64,000 nt of DNA from Setoptus koraiensis (Eukaryota; Animalia; Arthropoda): NCBI GenBank assembly GCA_048013815.1, contig CM106585.1:6572001-6636000 (forward strand), given 5' to 3'. Shown in pieces: positions 12,601-25,154 of this stretch (within the stretch, counting starts at the first letter, position 1; every line of letters begins with the position of its first letter). The notes beneath the pieces were generated by a model. That model did no database searches, was not told the DNA's origin, and saw only the letters and a list, made by a program, of their open reading frames with translations. The position numbers and the translations under genes were made by a program.

Positions 12601-14263
12601 TTACACGGGCGAGCAGCTCGACCGGGCCGACGAGGCGCCCGGCGAGCTGCTCAGCGAGTAGCGGGCCGCCTTGTTGGCGGAGTCCGTGGTGGCGGCGGCG
12701 GTGCCGCCAAGCTGCTGCTTTATGGCGGCGGCAGCTGGCGAACCGTTGGATAGTTTGGGCGACGACGCAGCCGACGACGACGACGACGACGACGACGACG
12801 CTGACTGGAACGCATTGCACGGTGCCGGCCCGCCCGACGGGCTACCAATCCGGCCCGCCGCCGACTTATGCAAATGAGTCAACGGCGAGCTTGCCGACTC
12901 ACGGCGCTGCTGCGGGCCCGCCCCCGCCAACGATGTCCCGTTTGCACTGCCCACTGACTGGTCCAATCCGTTCTTGTCCGCTGCGTTCGCTTGCGCACTT
13001 GCGCCGGCACCCGGCGCGGCCACCATTGGGGCGCCGCCGCCGGCGCCGCCACATCCGGTTCCGCCGTTGGCGGCGGCGGCGGCGCTGAACACTGCGGCCA
13101 GGTGCTGCGCGGCCAAACTGTGCTGCTGTTGCCCGGACGACATGCCCGCCCACGGGGGCAAACCCGACAGGCCGGCCAGTCCGGCGGGATCCGAGCCGCC
13201 GGCGGCCGCGAACGCGTGCGCCTGTTGCTGCGCGGACAAAAACTGGTGCGCCGCCTGCAAGTGCTGCAAATGATGGTGGTGGTGCTGCTGCTGCTGGCCC
13301 ATCATGTTCGGGTTGCCCGCAGCCATGGCCGCGGCCGCGCTCGCCATGACGGCCGCAAAGTCGGGCCTTGACATGTCTTCGCGCTGCTGCTGCTGGTGAT
13401 TGCGCGATTGAGCGGCAGCCGCGGCCGCCAGTGCGGCGTAGTGGGCCGCCAGCGCCTGCTGGCCCGCGCCGGCACCCATGGCACCTTGTGCGGCGCCCGG
13501 CGACAAGCCCGCCTTGGCCGGCTTGAAGTCTGCGTGACCGGGACTAGGGGGCGTGGTGGTCGGCGGTTGCTGGCGGCCGGGCAAGAATTGCTGTTGCTGC
13601 GGGTGATGCGGTTGCGGGTATTGCGGTGGCGGCTGATGATCGGGATTGTTGTTGTTGTTGTTGGTGTGATTGAGTAACATTGGATGGTTTGCGGTGTTCG
13701 GTGGTGCGTGTGGGTTCATTGGGTGCATGTGCGCAGGCCCGTTGTGCCGTAGCGATTGCGATGACTGGTGCGCGGGCGCGCCGGGCAGCGGCACCGCCGG
13801 GTTGTTGTGCGGTTGTGTGGGCGGGGGCGACATCGACGACGACGACGACGGGCCAAAGGGCGAGCCGTTGTTGTTGGCCGGTTGTTGCAAGTGGCCGCTG
13901 TTGTGATTGGCGAGCGTGGGCGTCGTTGTTGGACTAAGCGCGTTGTTGTTGTTGTTGTTGTTGCTGTTGTTGTGTCTGGCCAATTGCGATTGTTGCAAAT
14001 TGTTGTTGTTGTTGTTTGCGCCGTTGATGGGGTGACTGTGGCCCAGTCCGTTGATTAAATTAGTACCTAAATGATGATGATGATTGTGCATGCCGGAAGC
14101 GGCCTGATGATGATGATGATTGACGTTGCCGAGCGGGCCGTAGGGGGGCGCGGGTGCCTGCTGGTGCGACGCCGACACCTTGTTGACAAATTCCGACTGC
14201 AGCGACATCATCAATCTGGTGGCCTGTTGTCGCTCTGTTTCCTGTTCCTCGGCCGTCTGGCGC
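12601..14263 (-). CDS. C15: Tlx/C15 last exon (conserved Tlx tail plus Q/N/H/A/S-rich region)
   Basis: CTGCAG|G CGC CAG ACG GCC GAG GAA continues KWR into RQTAEE. Open for 554 codons to TAA at 12603-12601. Confidence 0.9.
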
Positions 14264-17200
14264 CTGCAGCGGGAGATAAAATATGGGGGCAAACAAATGC
14301 ATTGTGTGAGTATGGTTTTGTTACGTCAACAAGGTTGTATTATTTGTTACGTAATTGCGCGAGTTGGCCAAGTATGACAAGTTAATATGCGCAATGATGA
14401 CGACGGTTAATATCGGCACGCGATTCAGTTGTTGTTGTTGAGCTGTCAGTCGAGCGACGGCGACACGGCGAGCCATTTTATACGAGCACTTATTTTGCCG
14501 TTATCGCGTCGCATCGGGGCCCCCATTGTCGCGACTGTCAATTGCGCGCGCGTGCCGAGTGCAGCGGGCCCCAACGAGGGCAAAAGAGCGCCCCAACGTG
14601 GCCCAAAACGGGCCGTCACCCCTTTTGGGCCCGGCAAAAGTTGGCGTCGGAACGTGTGAGAAGCAATTACCGCGATAACATCTCTGGCTGCGTGGCCCCA
14701 TTTTTGGCTCGCCTCGTCGTCGCATATCGCCGCACCGTTATGCGCGACCTTGTTTTTGGCCGTGCGCCCCCGTGTCACACGGCCAACATTGTCTGATTTA
14801 AATCAGTGCGACACGTACGCCCGGTGTGACGCACTGACAGCTCTCACGCGAGCCCGCTGAGCCGCTGTCAGGCGGTCGGGCGAGTGCGGCCGCGGGCCGC
14901 ACTCGCCCGGGCTCGCACAGACGGTGCGATCTCGGTCTGGCGGCATCGAGCGGGATTTGGCGGATCTGACGGGATGGTCGCGGGATCTGGCGGCCGCGCA
15001 GCGCACGGAACCATATGGCACAGTTGCGAGCGCGGTGAGTTGCGCCGCGGTGACGGGGTGCCGTTTATAGGCGCTCGCTGTGAAAGATGGCGCTTGCTTC
15101 GAAAAGATGGCACTTGCTGTGAAAAGAGTGCACTCGCTTCGAAAAGGTGATTACAGGCCATGTTGACATTGCGCAACGACGGCAACGAGTAATGCGGCAT
15201 TAGTAGTAATGGTTGCGTAATAAATTTGCGCGCTCGAGGCAGCAACAACTTAAAAGTCGAGCTGACAAGTTAAAAACGACGGTTAAAAGGCGATGATTAA
15301 AAAACGACGATAATCGCACAATCGCCCAGAACGAATGCGCGAGAACGAGAGAGAGAGAATACGATAGAGCGACGAAAATAGGCTGCCGAAATGGGCCCGA
15401 AACCGGCGAAGTTGCCTGATTAATGAAATATCATTTTTGCATCGTGATCGTTGAATCGTCGCCGTTCGAGCGTCGCAACTATTAAAAGCGACTCATTCAT
15501 AAATTATCAATCATTAATAATTAATTACTGCTAATGGCGATGTCGGTGACCTTAGCCAGCGTGAGCACTTGCGCAAACAACAACTTGCTGTCGTTGTTGT
15601 CGTCGTTGTTGCTGTTGCTGTCGTTGTTGCTGTCGTTGTTGCTGTCGTTGTTGCTGTCGCTGTCGTTGTCGTCGCTGTCGGCGGCTGCGACGACAACAAC
15701 AAGCCGAAAATGTTCGGCTTTTGACACAACGCAAAACTTGAATCAACTTTAATAGCGGCTCTTAATTGCAAATGGCTGTTGCGCCGCCACTAACAAGCGC
15801 GCCGGCAACTACGACAACCACGCCAACTGCGGCATCTATGGCAATCGTGAATGGCAACTATAAATGGCGCTATTCGATGCATTATCTGAGATTATCTGGC
15901 TGATGAATAGTGGAAATACGGTGTTCATCTGGGCACTATAACTATGTAATAACTATATAATAACTATGTTATAACTATACAATAACTATACGATAACTAT
16001 ACAATAAATGCTAAGACTATAATAAATGAATAAATAATAAATGAAGAGCGCCTATAGATGCAGTGACAGCGGCTAATTGACGCCGAACAGCAGACGAGCA
16101 CATGTCACAATGATACGTCACAATGATCATATGTCACAAGGGCGGCACAATTAATTGACGAGCTCTCCATCTTTGTCTCATTTGGTGTATTTATGTTTAT
16201 TTTTATTTACAAGTCGCTCGCTGGGGCGACTTGTTCGCTCGGACGACTCAGGCGCGCTTGCGTTGCAATCGTTAGCGGCTCTGCCGGCTTCCACGACAAA
16301 CCCGCTAACGACACTTAATTTCGACCAACACCGACACCGACGCCGCCGTCGAGCGCCATCGACCGACTCACGCTGACGGGACCGAGCGGCGGGACGGGCC
16401 GGCGCGCCGGAGCGACGCGCCGGGCGACGGGACGGGACAGAGCGACGGGACAGGGCGCCCAATTGAGAGCCCGCTGCGCTAGCTAATTGAGCTAGTTGAG
16501 CTAGTTGAGCTTGTTGAGCTTGTTGAGCTTGTTGAGCTTGTTGAGCTTGTTGAGCCTGTTGAGCCAGTTGAGCTGGCTGAGCTGGCGAGACGCGATCGGC
16601 GCAACTCGGCGAGCGGCGCACGATTGAGAGATATTCAGCGGCGACAATTGCGATTGCGCTCGGATCGTTTGAGTTGAGCTGTCTCACGCTGGCCGTTGCG
16701 AGGCAAGCGTGTGATCGGCGGGCGATAAAACATGCCAGATTTGATAGGCCGAGATTTGATAGATCGAGAGCGGCTGAGAGAGCGGCTGAGAGAGCGGCTG
16801 AGAGAGTGGCGAAAAGCAGATAACAGCGCACGAAACGAGCCCGTCGACGGGCGCACTCGACGGCGGCAGCGCCGAATTAAAAGTTGAGACGGCGGCAGTT
16901 GCGCGCCTGTCGACGCTTCGAATGCCAGCTCGGGCTTCGAATGCCAACTCGGCGCTTCGGCAGGAGAACCCGGCGCGAACTCGAATGCGAGATTGCGGGA
17001 CTCGCTTTGATCGCCAGCCATAAACTGTCAAACGAATGCGCCGTGTCTCAATGAACTGGCCCGAGCGGCAAGTAGCTACTGCCGACGCTGACAACGACGA
17101 CACCGACAACGACGACAACGACGACACCGACAACGACGACAACGACGACACCGACAACGACACCGACAGCGGCGCGGTGACAATCGGAGCACAGTTACTC

Positions 17201-18146
17201 GCTGCGCCGAAAAGAAGCGCCGAAAAGGGCGGCCGCCATTTTGTCATCTCGGGCCTGGCAGCGCCACTAATGAGCGTCGATTATCGTCAATTAATAGTAA
17301 TAATCGTCAATAATGCGCCGTGATTTGGGCCGACCGCTCTTAATTAAGCGCCGGCTCAATTAAGGCGCTCACTTATTAACTCTATAAATATCGGCCATGT
17401 GAATATCGCTTGTGTGAATATCGCCTGTGTGAATATCGCTTGTGCGAATATCGCTTGTGTGAATATGCGCCGTGTGAATGTGCGCCACGCGAGTATTGGC
17501 CGTGTGAATATCAGCCTTGCAACTAGCATGATGCGAGTGTCGGTGAATATCGAGCTCGCGACAGGGGGCGGCCTTCGAGTGTCGGGCAAAGTTTCGGGCG
17601 GCGCGCAAAGTCGAGCAACGACGTCAACGGAACACGTGAGACAACCTCGACGCGAACCTAATGATCGGCCGCTAATTAAACGGCTCCCTTTTAAACGTAA
17701 CAGCGACCAGCAACAACAATCAAACAATTAAGCACTTGAGTAATTAGATTGCCCATTGGCTGGCGAGTGTTCGGGAGCCATGAGGGTACTTGCGCAGTCG
17801 CTCGTTCTTCGCTTGCCCGCGAACGTTCTTTGCTTGCCCGCGAACGTTCGCTCTCGTCGAACGTTCGCTCTCGTCGAACGTTCGCTCTCGTCGAACGTTC
17901 GCTCTCGTCGAACGTTCGCTCTCGTCGAACGTCCGAACGTTCGCTCGTTTGTTTGTTCGTGCCTTTCGCTTCGTTTGTCCGACTGTCCGTCCGTCCGTCA
18001 TGGTGGCGCAAGCATGATGGTAGACGCAACAGCGGCACTAATAGCGGGCCCATTATGCGCTATTAGTAGCGCACTTATTAGCGCATTACGGCCGCCGTCC
18101 ATTACACACGCCGTAGACACTCGCCAGGTAGCTACCTGTCGTTTTC

Positions 18147-18198
<52 letters not shown>

Positions 18199-21100
18199 CT
18201 GTTGCGCGTTAGTTGATTATTATTGCTGTTTATTACTAATTACGGCCATATCTGGCCAATGGCCGGCTGACCGGTGGCCAGTTGCGCGCAAAAAGCCGCC
18301 GATGGCCGGCTATTTATTAGCCTATCTATTAGGCACTGGCCAGTGGCGCTCGTCCGCCGCCCGCTGCCACTTGGCGCAATTGGCCTCTAATGCATCGACT
18401 GATGCGCATATAATGATAGTATCATTCTCGTATCTGTTGTATGCATAATGGGCATGCGAACGCACATATAAACAGATATACGCAAACAGATGAACGCAAA
18501 CAGATGAACGCAAACAGATGAACGCAAACGGATAAACGCAAACGGGCGCCAGCGCGCAAGTAGCCGATATAAACACCTCGGCAATTTGTAGCCAATCATG
18601 TGGGCCGCTCCAATTGATGGCGCACTCGTTTGTCTGTCCAGTGATGGATAATCCATCAGCGGGTGCGTTTAATTTAATTTCGTTTGGCCAACGGTTGGCG
18701 ATGCTTGTCGCAGCCAACGCAGCAGTTTATTAAATTATATCAAATCAAAGCGCGCGCGTCAATTCGCGCTCATCGAAAAGCGCTCATCAAATTAAATCAA
18801 AATTGAACGGCAGCAGCGCCGCCAGAGCCTCGGGCCTCACTTTCATGCAGGCTCATTATGTTGTCTATACATAATGTGCGACTCGTTCAAGTGCACACAT
18901 GATTTGTTGCAAATCATCTAATTATCCTATCTAACAACTTGATCGTCGTTGTTACGATTGCATTTGTTCACCTTGCCACTGGTTCAATTCGCGAGTCAAG
19001 GCCGCCCAAACGAGCCATTCTAAGAGCGTTTCCATGGGAACGCTCTGGCAACACTTCCCAGCCTCTTGTCTACCCAATGTGAGGGCGTGAGTGCTCAGTG
19101 GGCACCCGTTCGGCTGCCGTCCGCTGAACAGTCGGGCCGGATACCCCCGGCCCGAGCGTTCAGCGACATGGGCGACAATCAATACTGAGTGTGTTGCGAT
19201 CACAGCAGCGACATGGCAAGCCGACGCGATGTAACGGGGTCATTACGTTGCGAATCATTATATTAGAAATTGTCGTGTTAGAAATATTCATATGAGAAAT
19301 TGCAAAGTTGAGAAATTTTCACAGTGGAAGTTGCCAAGTTTGCAAATTTTTCTATCAGAAATCGAGGCAGTCAGAGAGCCCCAAACTGCCAAACAAGAGT
19401 CGGCGCTCGGCGAATATCCGGATAAACGCAACGCATTCACTCGACTAACGGTAGGCAACAATGCGCACGTTATAGGACTTGGTAGGCATTTAGTTTAATT
19501 GATAATGGTCTAGTTTAGTTTTCATTGCTATAGTACACAGTTGTTTGTTTGGGTGCGCTGGTCACCAGCGGTCGATCACCGACGGTCGATCACCGACGGT
19601 CGATCATCGACTGTCAGTGAACAATAACAAGGTAGCAGACGGTAGCTTTAAACAACGAGCGAGCTGTCACACGACGCTCAGGTGAACAACTGTCAAGCGT
19701 CTGGGCAAACAAGGCAACTGTCAAACGTTTAGGTAAACAACGCAACTGTCAAACGCTCGTCAGCTGTTCACCTGAACTGCTGGGCAAGTCGCTGGCGCAT
19801 AAAGTGCTCGGCGATGGCTTGCAATCTCATTTGGTGCTCTAATAGTTGCTGCTGATTAATATCTCTACCGCTGGCCGGCTGCACTGTCGAGAGATCATTT
19901 GCATGCGATGACGTAATTAATTCCTGCTGCTGCTGTTGCTGCTGACAATGATGGTGCCGCTGCTCGTGATTAACCGAATAATCAGCTGTTTGGCTTGAAT
20001 GCGTGTGATGTCCGTGGTGTGGCGGCACTTGTGGTTGGGCGCTAGCTGCACTTCCGGTGATGGCGGCCAATTGTTGAGCTGCCTGCAAAAAGGATCTGTT
20101 TTGATTGTTTATAATGTGATGTTGTTGCTGCTCCAAAATACTGTTGCTGTTGCCTGAACTGGTGCGCTGATTGTGATTAATTGATGACACAGGTGATATT
20201 GAATTGTTTGCATTTGTTGGTGTCACCGATGGCTTGCTCATTTGCATTTGGGTAGTTGCGTCATTTTGCGTCATCTCTGTTGCGTCTGTGTGTGCCTGTT
20301 GTGTCTGTTGTTGGAACAGTTGGTAACGATCGTATTGATGGCTGGCTGTTTGCACGTCATCGTCGCTGTCGTCTAGCTCGTCAGATTGATCGGCCAATAG
20401 ATGCTGCTCGTGTTGCTGTTGATGATGCTCGAACAGGTCGGATAAGTGGCCCTCACTCATGTTGTTCAAATTCAAACTACCGCCGCTACTGCTGTTTATC
20501 TGGTACGAGGTGCGCCTATAACACCGAGTGGTCACAAAAAACATAAGTCACGCACACACACACACACACACACATCACAAGTCACATAATTGCATAATAA
20601 TTATTAATTAACGGACACCATCAAACAGACAGGTGAGTCATGGATTGTTACGCAACAATTGTTTCGATTCGTTCGTGTAGTGTTAATATCGTGCGCGATA
20701 GCGCAAAATAGCCAATAGCCAATAGCAAACGAGGCGCCACAGAGCGACCATGTTGCGGCGTCGGCAGCGACATCGACATCAGCGTCGGCAGGCAACGGGT
20801 GAGCGGGCGGATGGATGAGCCGAGGGGCGGGTGAGCGGACGGACGGACCGACGGATGGGCGATCGGGAGTGATGGGGGCGGGGGAAGGGATAAAAACAGC
20901 AAAGAATTAGCTAACTACTACTGATAGACTGAAATACAAATAATACGCGCAAGACGCAAATGACAGCCACTAGATGGCCAGTTGTGCCGGCCGGCAGCGC
21001 TGATTGCAATCGTTACATAATGTGGCCAACATTGCCGATTGTGGCCATTACATAATGTGGTCGTTACACGGTTGCGTCATTTATGTCGCACGACCATTGC

Positions 21101-24100
21101 CGCTGCAGCTGCTGTGACAGTTTGCGGCTGTCTCGCGTTTCTTCTGGTCGGCTCGTCTGCGTTTGTCGGCTGTCATCGTTATGTCATCATTATTTACATT
21201 TATATTTTCTTGTTTATCGGCGCATCTCGCCAATTAGTGGCCACTCGACGTCGCCGCTGCGACAGAGGCGCAATTGCGATGACGCAATCGCTTCGCCCGA
21301 CGGCCGCCAATCGATCGGTGGACGAGTGCACGGACAAGCGTGCCAACTAGTGCGAATTAGACGAGCAACTGGTGCGGCCATTTGTGGGCCGCGATGCGCC
21401 CAGCGAACGCAAACAAGTCACTCAAGCTCGCCGGGCCAGCTCAACGAGATCGGGACGGCCGATGAAAGGCCGCCCGTCCGGCCGGTCGCTGTGTCGCGTT
21501 CGTTGGCTGCCGCTGCTTCGCGGCTAAATCCGCGGCCGCGGCCGCTCCGCTCAAAGAGAAGCGAGGCCAGATCGGCGGCGCGATAACGCGCCTCTTATCT
21601 TATCGCGCATGAGAGCCGTCGGAATTTGAGATCGGCGCGTTAATCGTCGGCGATGACGGCGCTCACAGGCGCTCGAGCGCCATTCAATGTGACACCTCTC
21701 GCACAAGCTCTGAGTGGGGCTCTGAGCGGGCCGGCTCACCTGGCGCTCACCGTGACTCCCGACGAATATCAGCGGATCTCGGCGAATCTCAGCGAATCTC
21801 GGCGAATTTCAGCGGATCTCAGCGACAAACGGTGCTCAAGCGAAAGTCCGACCGATCGCGGCGGCAAGCACGTGATTGGACGGAGATAATCGACGGCCGG
21901 CCGGTACAGCGGCCGATCGCAAGCGAGTCAATACAATTTAATTCGAGCCGAGTCAATACAATCAAATTGATTTCTCAATTCAATCAACACAGTCAATAGA
22001 TTTGATGAGCCATTACGAGCGCTAATTCATTAATTGAATGCCCAAATCAATTATTAGCGTCGGCGTCCAGTGGCCAGTTGATTGCCGCCAGTTAGTTGGT
22101 TAGTCGGTTAGTGGCCAACGATGGCCAACGATGCCAAATGATGCCAAATAATGGCTAAATGGCTAATAGCAACGACAACACTAATATGCAAATGGGCCTC
22201 TCATAAGTGCTCACGGGCAGTTTGATGAAATTTAATGAAGTGGCAGTAAAAAATTAATGGTTGTTGTCGTTGCTTTGGCCGCCGCGCTCAACCATTTCAT
22301 GATGATCGCCGTCGCCTCGTTTGATCGTCATCGCGCGTCACCGTCGGCGCCGCCGCATGCAAACTCGCCGTGAGACGCCACCGGCCCGCTCGTAAAGCGG
22401 CCGCAACCGCTCGCTCGCTCGATATTTAATGGCCCGTTGACCGCTCACTCGCCACCGACCATTTGATATTTGACCGACTGCTTGATATCTGGCCACTGGC
22501 CAGCGCAAAAGCCAGTTGATAGATGGAGGTCATGATGGCGCGCCGCAACACACAAACGGGCTACCTGAAACAGGAAGTTGTCGCGGCGCCAAATTTAAGC
22601 TGCGCGTTGTTGTTGTTGCAAATGGCCGCGATTGATTGTTGTTGTTGCAAATGGCCGCGATTGATTGTTGGTGTTGTTGTTGCAAATGGGCCACGATTGA
22701 ATGACAATTGAATGGTGCACGAACGGCCGGCGCACAGAGCTATAATTAACGATCATTATCACTATTTGGTGGCGCTGGTGGCGCCACTGTCAATCAAACG
22801 CTAAAAAGTGACGCCGCCCCGCGAAACAGGTGAGTGGCAACAGCCAGCGAAATCAAATCGACCCATTAAATCAACATTATTGTTGTGCGCTCAAGTGGCG
22901 GCCATTGTTTCAAATGGTCGCAATCAATTTAAATTATGCCCGGCTGCCGCTCGGTCGAGCCGGCCCGGCCTCTGGCCGGTCGAGCGGGCCCGGCCGCGCG
23001 CGCTCGGGCTGTGTGCGGAGTCTCGATTAAATCGGCCACGATTGAATCGCGGGCCTGTTAGTTTTGATGGGCGAGCAATTCGCCAATTGGCCACTTGTTT
23101 GTTTTATCAATCAATTGTTGTTTGATTTGAATGGGCCGCTGCCATTCAAACGCAAGCGGCAACCGGCCGCTGACCCGACGCCGACCGACGCCGCTATCGC
23201 CAGCAAACACTGACAGCTCACGTCATGTGTTTTGGCGCGCCGTGTTGGCCGGTCGTTGCGGTCGCTTGTTGTTGCAATGAATGGACGCTCATCTCGTTCA
23301 AATTATTATTGCTATTATTACAATATTGTTATTGTTGTTGCAAAGCCCTCGCCACTGTCAACCTGTTGCCTGTCGCGGCCAACTGACAGCTCACAGCTGA
23401 TCTCTGGCCACTGACAGCTCACAGCTGATCGCGGCCACTGAGCCTCAGTGACTGACAAGTGGGGCGCGCGCGCACAGCTGATCTCGGGCCGCTGACTCAC
23501 GGCGCACAGCTGATCGGCTGACAGTGGGCCGACTGGCGGCCATGTTAAACAATATCAGTCAACATCAGACAATATCAGACAATATTAACGAGTCGCTATT
23601 AGTCGCCGCAACTGTCAGTGTCAGCTGGCCGAGCCGACAAGTGCGTCGGCGCCGTTATGGGCACTCGCTTATCTGGATAAATCTCGACGCGCCGAGATGC
23701 GCCGAGATGCGCCGAGATATAGACACAAGAGCGGGCACCGTGGTGGCGCAAATGGTGTTGCGGCTATCGACACGCCGGCCGCGAACAATGGGCGCGAAAG
23801 CGACCGTCATTCATTATTGTTCTTGCGACTCACAAGTGGCTCGTCGGACGTTTGAGAAAATTGAGCGGCTTGAGAGGCTTGAGAAGTTGTCGGCCGGCCA
23901 ACGCAAGGCCCGCGAAGCCGCAACAACAACACCGACAAGCACGACACCGGGCACAGGTAGCAGGTAGCAGGCAGCTTGCGTGCAGTCGGCGGCGCTGGCA
24001 GCAGTTTGTGGGAAGAGCGGCAATCAAGCGGCCAGCCTAATTGCGGCTCACGTTACACAACAACAATGTCCTGTTGCCACATGACAGCCAGTTGTTGTTG

Positions 24101-25111
24101 TTATATTATTATGTAACAACACAAGTCAGCCTGTGGTGAGACAAGCTGACACAGGTAATAAGTGGGCAGATTATCTCACGTTTAAGTGAGATAATGCCAC
24201 TCACTTTAAGCGTTCACCTGTGCTCGCTGGCTGCCACTGTCCGGCCGGCAGTTACGCAACGCAACGCGACGCGTACAAAGCGCCAGCTGCAAATTGCAAA
24301 AATTAAGCGCAAATTAAGTTGTATCAATCAAGTTGGCCAAATCAGGTTGTTGTTGTGGTTGTTGCTGCTGCTGTTGTTGCGCTCACCTGTTGTTACATAA
24401 CACGACATGACAACGGTGAGAAAGTCGCTGGCAAGTGTCGGCGGCCACCGCAACAGGTGAAATAATTAGCTCATCGTTGGTGTGCGCTCAACAAACCAAC
24501 GGCTAACCGGCGACACAAACGAGCCAACCGACAACCGGTGCCCACAATTAGCGCACCACATACTGTACTATGACACTGTGATGGTCTAATACTATAACGA
24601 CATAATATAACATAATAATATGATACTATAATGATATAATAACATAATGCCAGAATAACACGATGATTTAATGCCAGAATGATGTAATAACGAGTATAAT
24701 GTGCACATTGTGGCACAAATATACAAAACGCAAATACAAATTCACACAAGCGAACGCATGAATATAAAACAAAATATAACACAGATATGCAAATGCACGC
24801 CGGCCGGCTAAACGGGCTTACAAGTGGTTTTTGGTTTCATCAATTAGCAACAAGTTAGTGGCACAATGAGCGGAGCCACTCACTTGCGTAACATGTTGGC
24901 CACTGCAGTGTGTTGTTGTTGTTGTTGTTGTTGTTGCTGTTGTTGTGGTTGTTGTAGGCCGATGTCAATGATGATCATGCAAATTACAATTAGCCGTCCA
25001 CCTATAATGCCAGCCATTACCGCTAATGACTATTGAATGGATGGGCAGCATTATTATTATTATTAATTTGCCACTCTGTTGCTGGCGATTGTTTGTTGTA
25101 CTCCCACTCCG

Positions 25112-25154
<43 letters not shown>

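Noticed and set aside
12671-14385. Many plus-strand and alternate-frame ORFs over the Tlx last exon (similarly over TPI, ABCG and the GPCR)
   Set aside because: Antisense or frame shadows of GC-rich real coding exons.
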